Assembly: GCA_036918135.1 (NCBI GenBank)
Contig: JBALDB010000043.1
Location: 1 to 28,963 of the forward strand
DNA length: 28,963 nucleotides
Reading direction: 5' to 3'
From: Nostoc sp.
GTDB lineage: Bacteria; Cyanobacteriota; Cyanobacteriia; Cyanobacteriales; Nostocaceae
Every line of letters begins with the position of its first letter. The first letter of the stretch is position 1. The notes below the pieces were generated by a model. It was not told where the DNA came from. It did no database searches and saw only the letters and a program-made list of their open reading frames with translations. Made by a program: the position numbers and the translations under genes. Below, piece by piece: positions 28,101 to 28,963 of the stretch.

Positions 28101-28874
28101 CTATTCTTTGTATTCATATTTCTGCTTGATGCGTTCTACACGTGATTGGAGTTCTGTACCTTTATTAGGGTTAATCATTGCTACATAATTTGCGAATCCG
28201 GTAATTGCGCCAATTAAATTAGTTGAATTACCCCACTGTTTGCCTGACAATCCTTCTTGTTCAATTTGATATAGAGTTGCACGAAAGGCTTTTAATGTCT
28301 TTTTAGATATATTTAATTGCGTATTTACAATCACACCTGTTACCTCCTGTTGTACAGATTTATTTAAAATCTTGGTCTTATCAGGATTAACAGTGAAGCC
28401 TTCACTAGCAATAATTAATTTAGTGTTTTTAATTAAATTAGATATTCTGTGCGATGCATCCCCAGAAGTAGAAAATGTTAAATCGTCAGCGTACCGTGTA
28501 TAGCAAAACCCAAGCTTTTCAGCCATTTTAACCAGACGGCTATCGAGATGAAGACAAATTAGATTTGAAATAGCAGGACTTGCAGGCGAACCTTGAGGTA
28601 AGTGACGGTTTTCTGAAGCTATATAGTTGATTTTACCATCTGTTTCTATTTCAGCAGTTGTACAAATTAATCCAAAAATCGTCGCTGCAAGTTCTGAATA
28701 ACCAAATCCGCAAAATAGTTTTTTGACGCGTTTATAAGAAATTGACTGAAAAAAATTCTGTAAATCAAGATTGACTATTACATTTGCACCAACATGGGGT
28801 TTAGCATTGGTGACTATCGAACGATTTTTACAAAACCCATGCGCTGCATTATGAACTTCTAATTTATCTAAAAT
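28101..28874 (-). pseudogene. Retron-type reverse transcriptase, C-terminal 257 residues, separated from its 5' part by an IS-like insertion
   Basis: Open frame ILDKLEVHNAAHGF...SIVTNAKPH...NLDLQNFF...LPQGSPASPAISN...YTRYADDLTFS...NPDKT...QEVTGVIVN, with the retron hallmarks NAxxH, YADD and VTG. Confidence 0.88.
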
Positions 28875-28963
28875 AACGTGAGTTCGACGGAACTAAAAAA
28901 TGGTAGGAGGTAGTGCAGGCAAATCTTTTGGGTAAATGTCAATCGAGGGTTTTTTAGGCAAAT
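28875..28963 (-). mobile_element. Right end of an IS-like element inserted in the RT gene; family not determined
   Basis: RT similarity stops abruptly. AACGTGAGTTCGACGG resembles a cyanobacterial IS terminus as I recall it. A minus-strand frame LPKKPSIDIYPKDLPALPPTIF* ends at 28893, just inside this end. Confidence 0.6.

Larger units (their letters stand above)
24742..28963. mobile_element. nifD excision element, nifH-proximal part; xisA and the second repeat are expected beyond the window
   Basis: Non-nif DNA follows the recombination site. The nifD 3' end and nifK are absent from the window. Confidence 0.9.

Noticed and set aside
28101..28874. Group II intron or DGR reverse transcriptase
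   Set aside because: NAxxH and VTG point to a retron. I saw no intron domain V/VI downstream and no template/variable repeat pair.

Overview
Heterocyst-forming cyanobacterial (Nostoc-like) DNA, judged from frequent HIP1 (GCGATCGC) sites, STRR heptamer arrays, glbN and the nifD excision site. The window covers the start of the Mo-nitrogenase region. On the minus strand are nifP/cysE, an asr1405-like gene, DUF2949, nifV, nifZ, nifT and a 2Fe-2S ferredoxin-like gene. On the plus strand are nifB, fdxN, nifS, nifU, glbN, nifH and the 5' part of nifD. The divergent nifP and nifB promoters are collinear homologues with three TGAGTACA boxes each. They are separated by an ~11 kb accessory island: a broken NACHT-HEAT gene, a stack of toxin-antitoxin-like pairs, an HNH pair, a gene ending in a 12 x 21-bp array, two oxidoreductases and an orphan, degenerating xisH/xisI pair. 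nifD is interrupted at the canonical GGATTACTCCG site (24731-24741). The excision element's visible cargo looks defence-related: a TIR-linker-KTSC fusion, two PD-(D/E)XK-like paralogues and a retron-type reverse transcriptase cut by an IS-like end at the right edge. An IS5-like element end lies at the left edge. All family assignments come from reading motifs by eye; no database searches were run.
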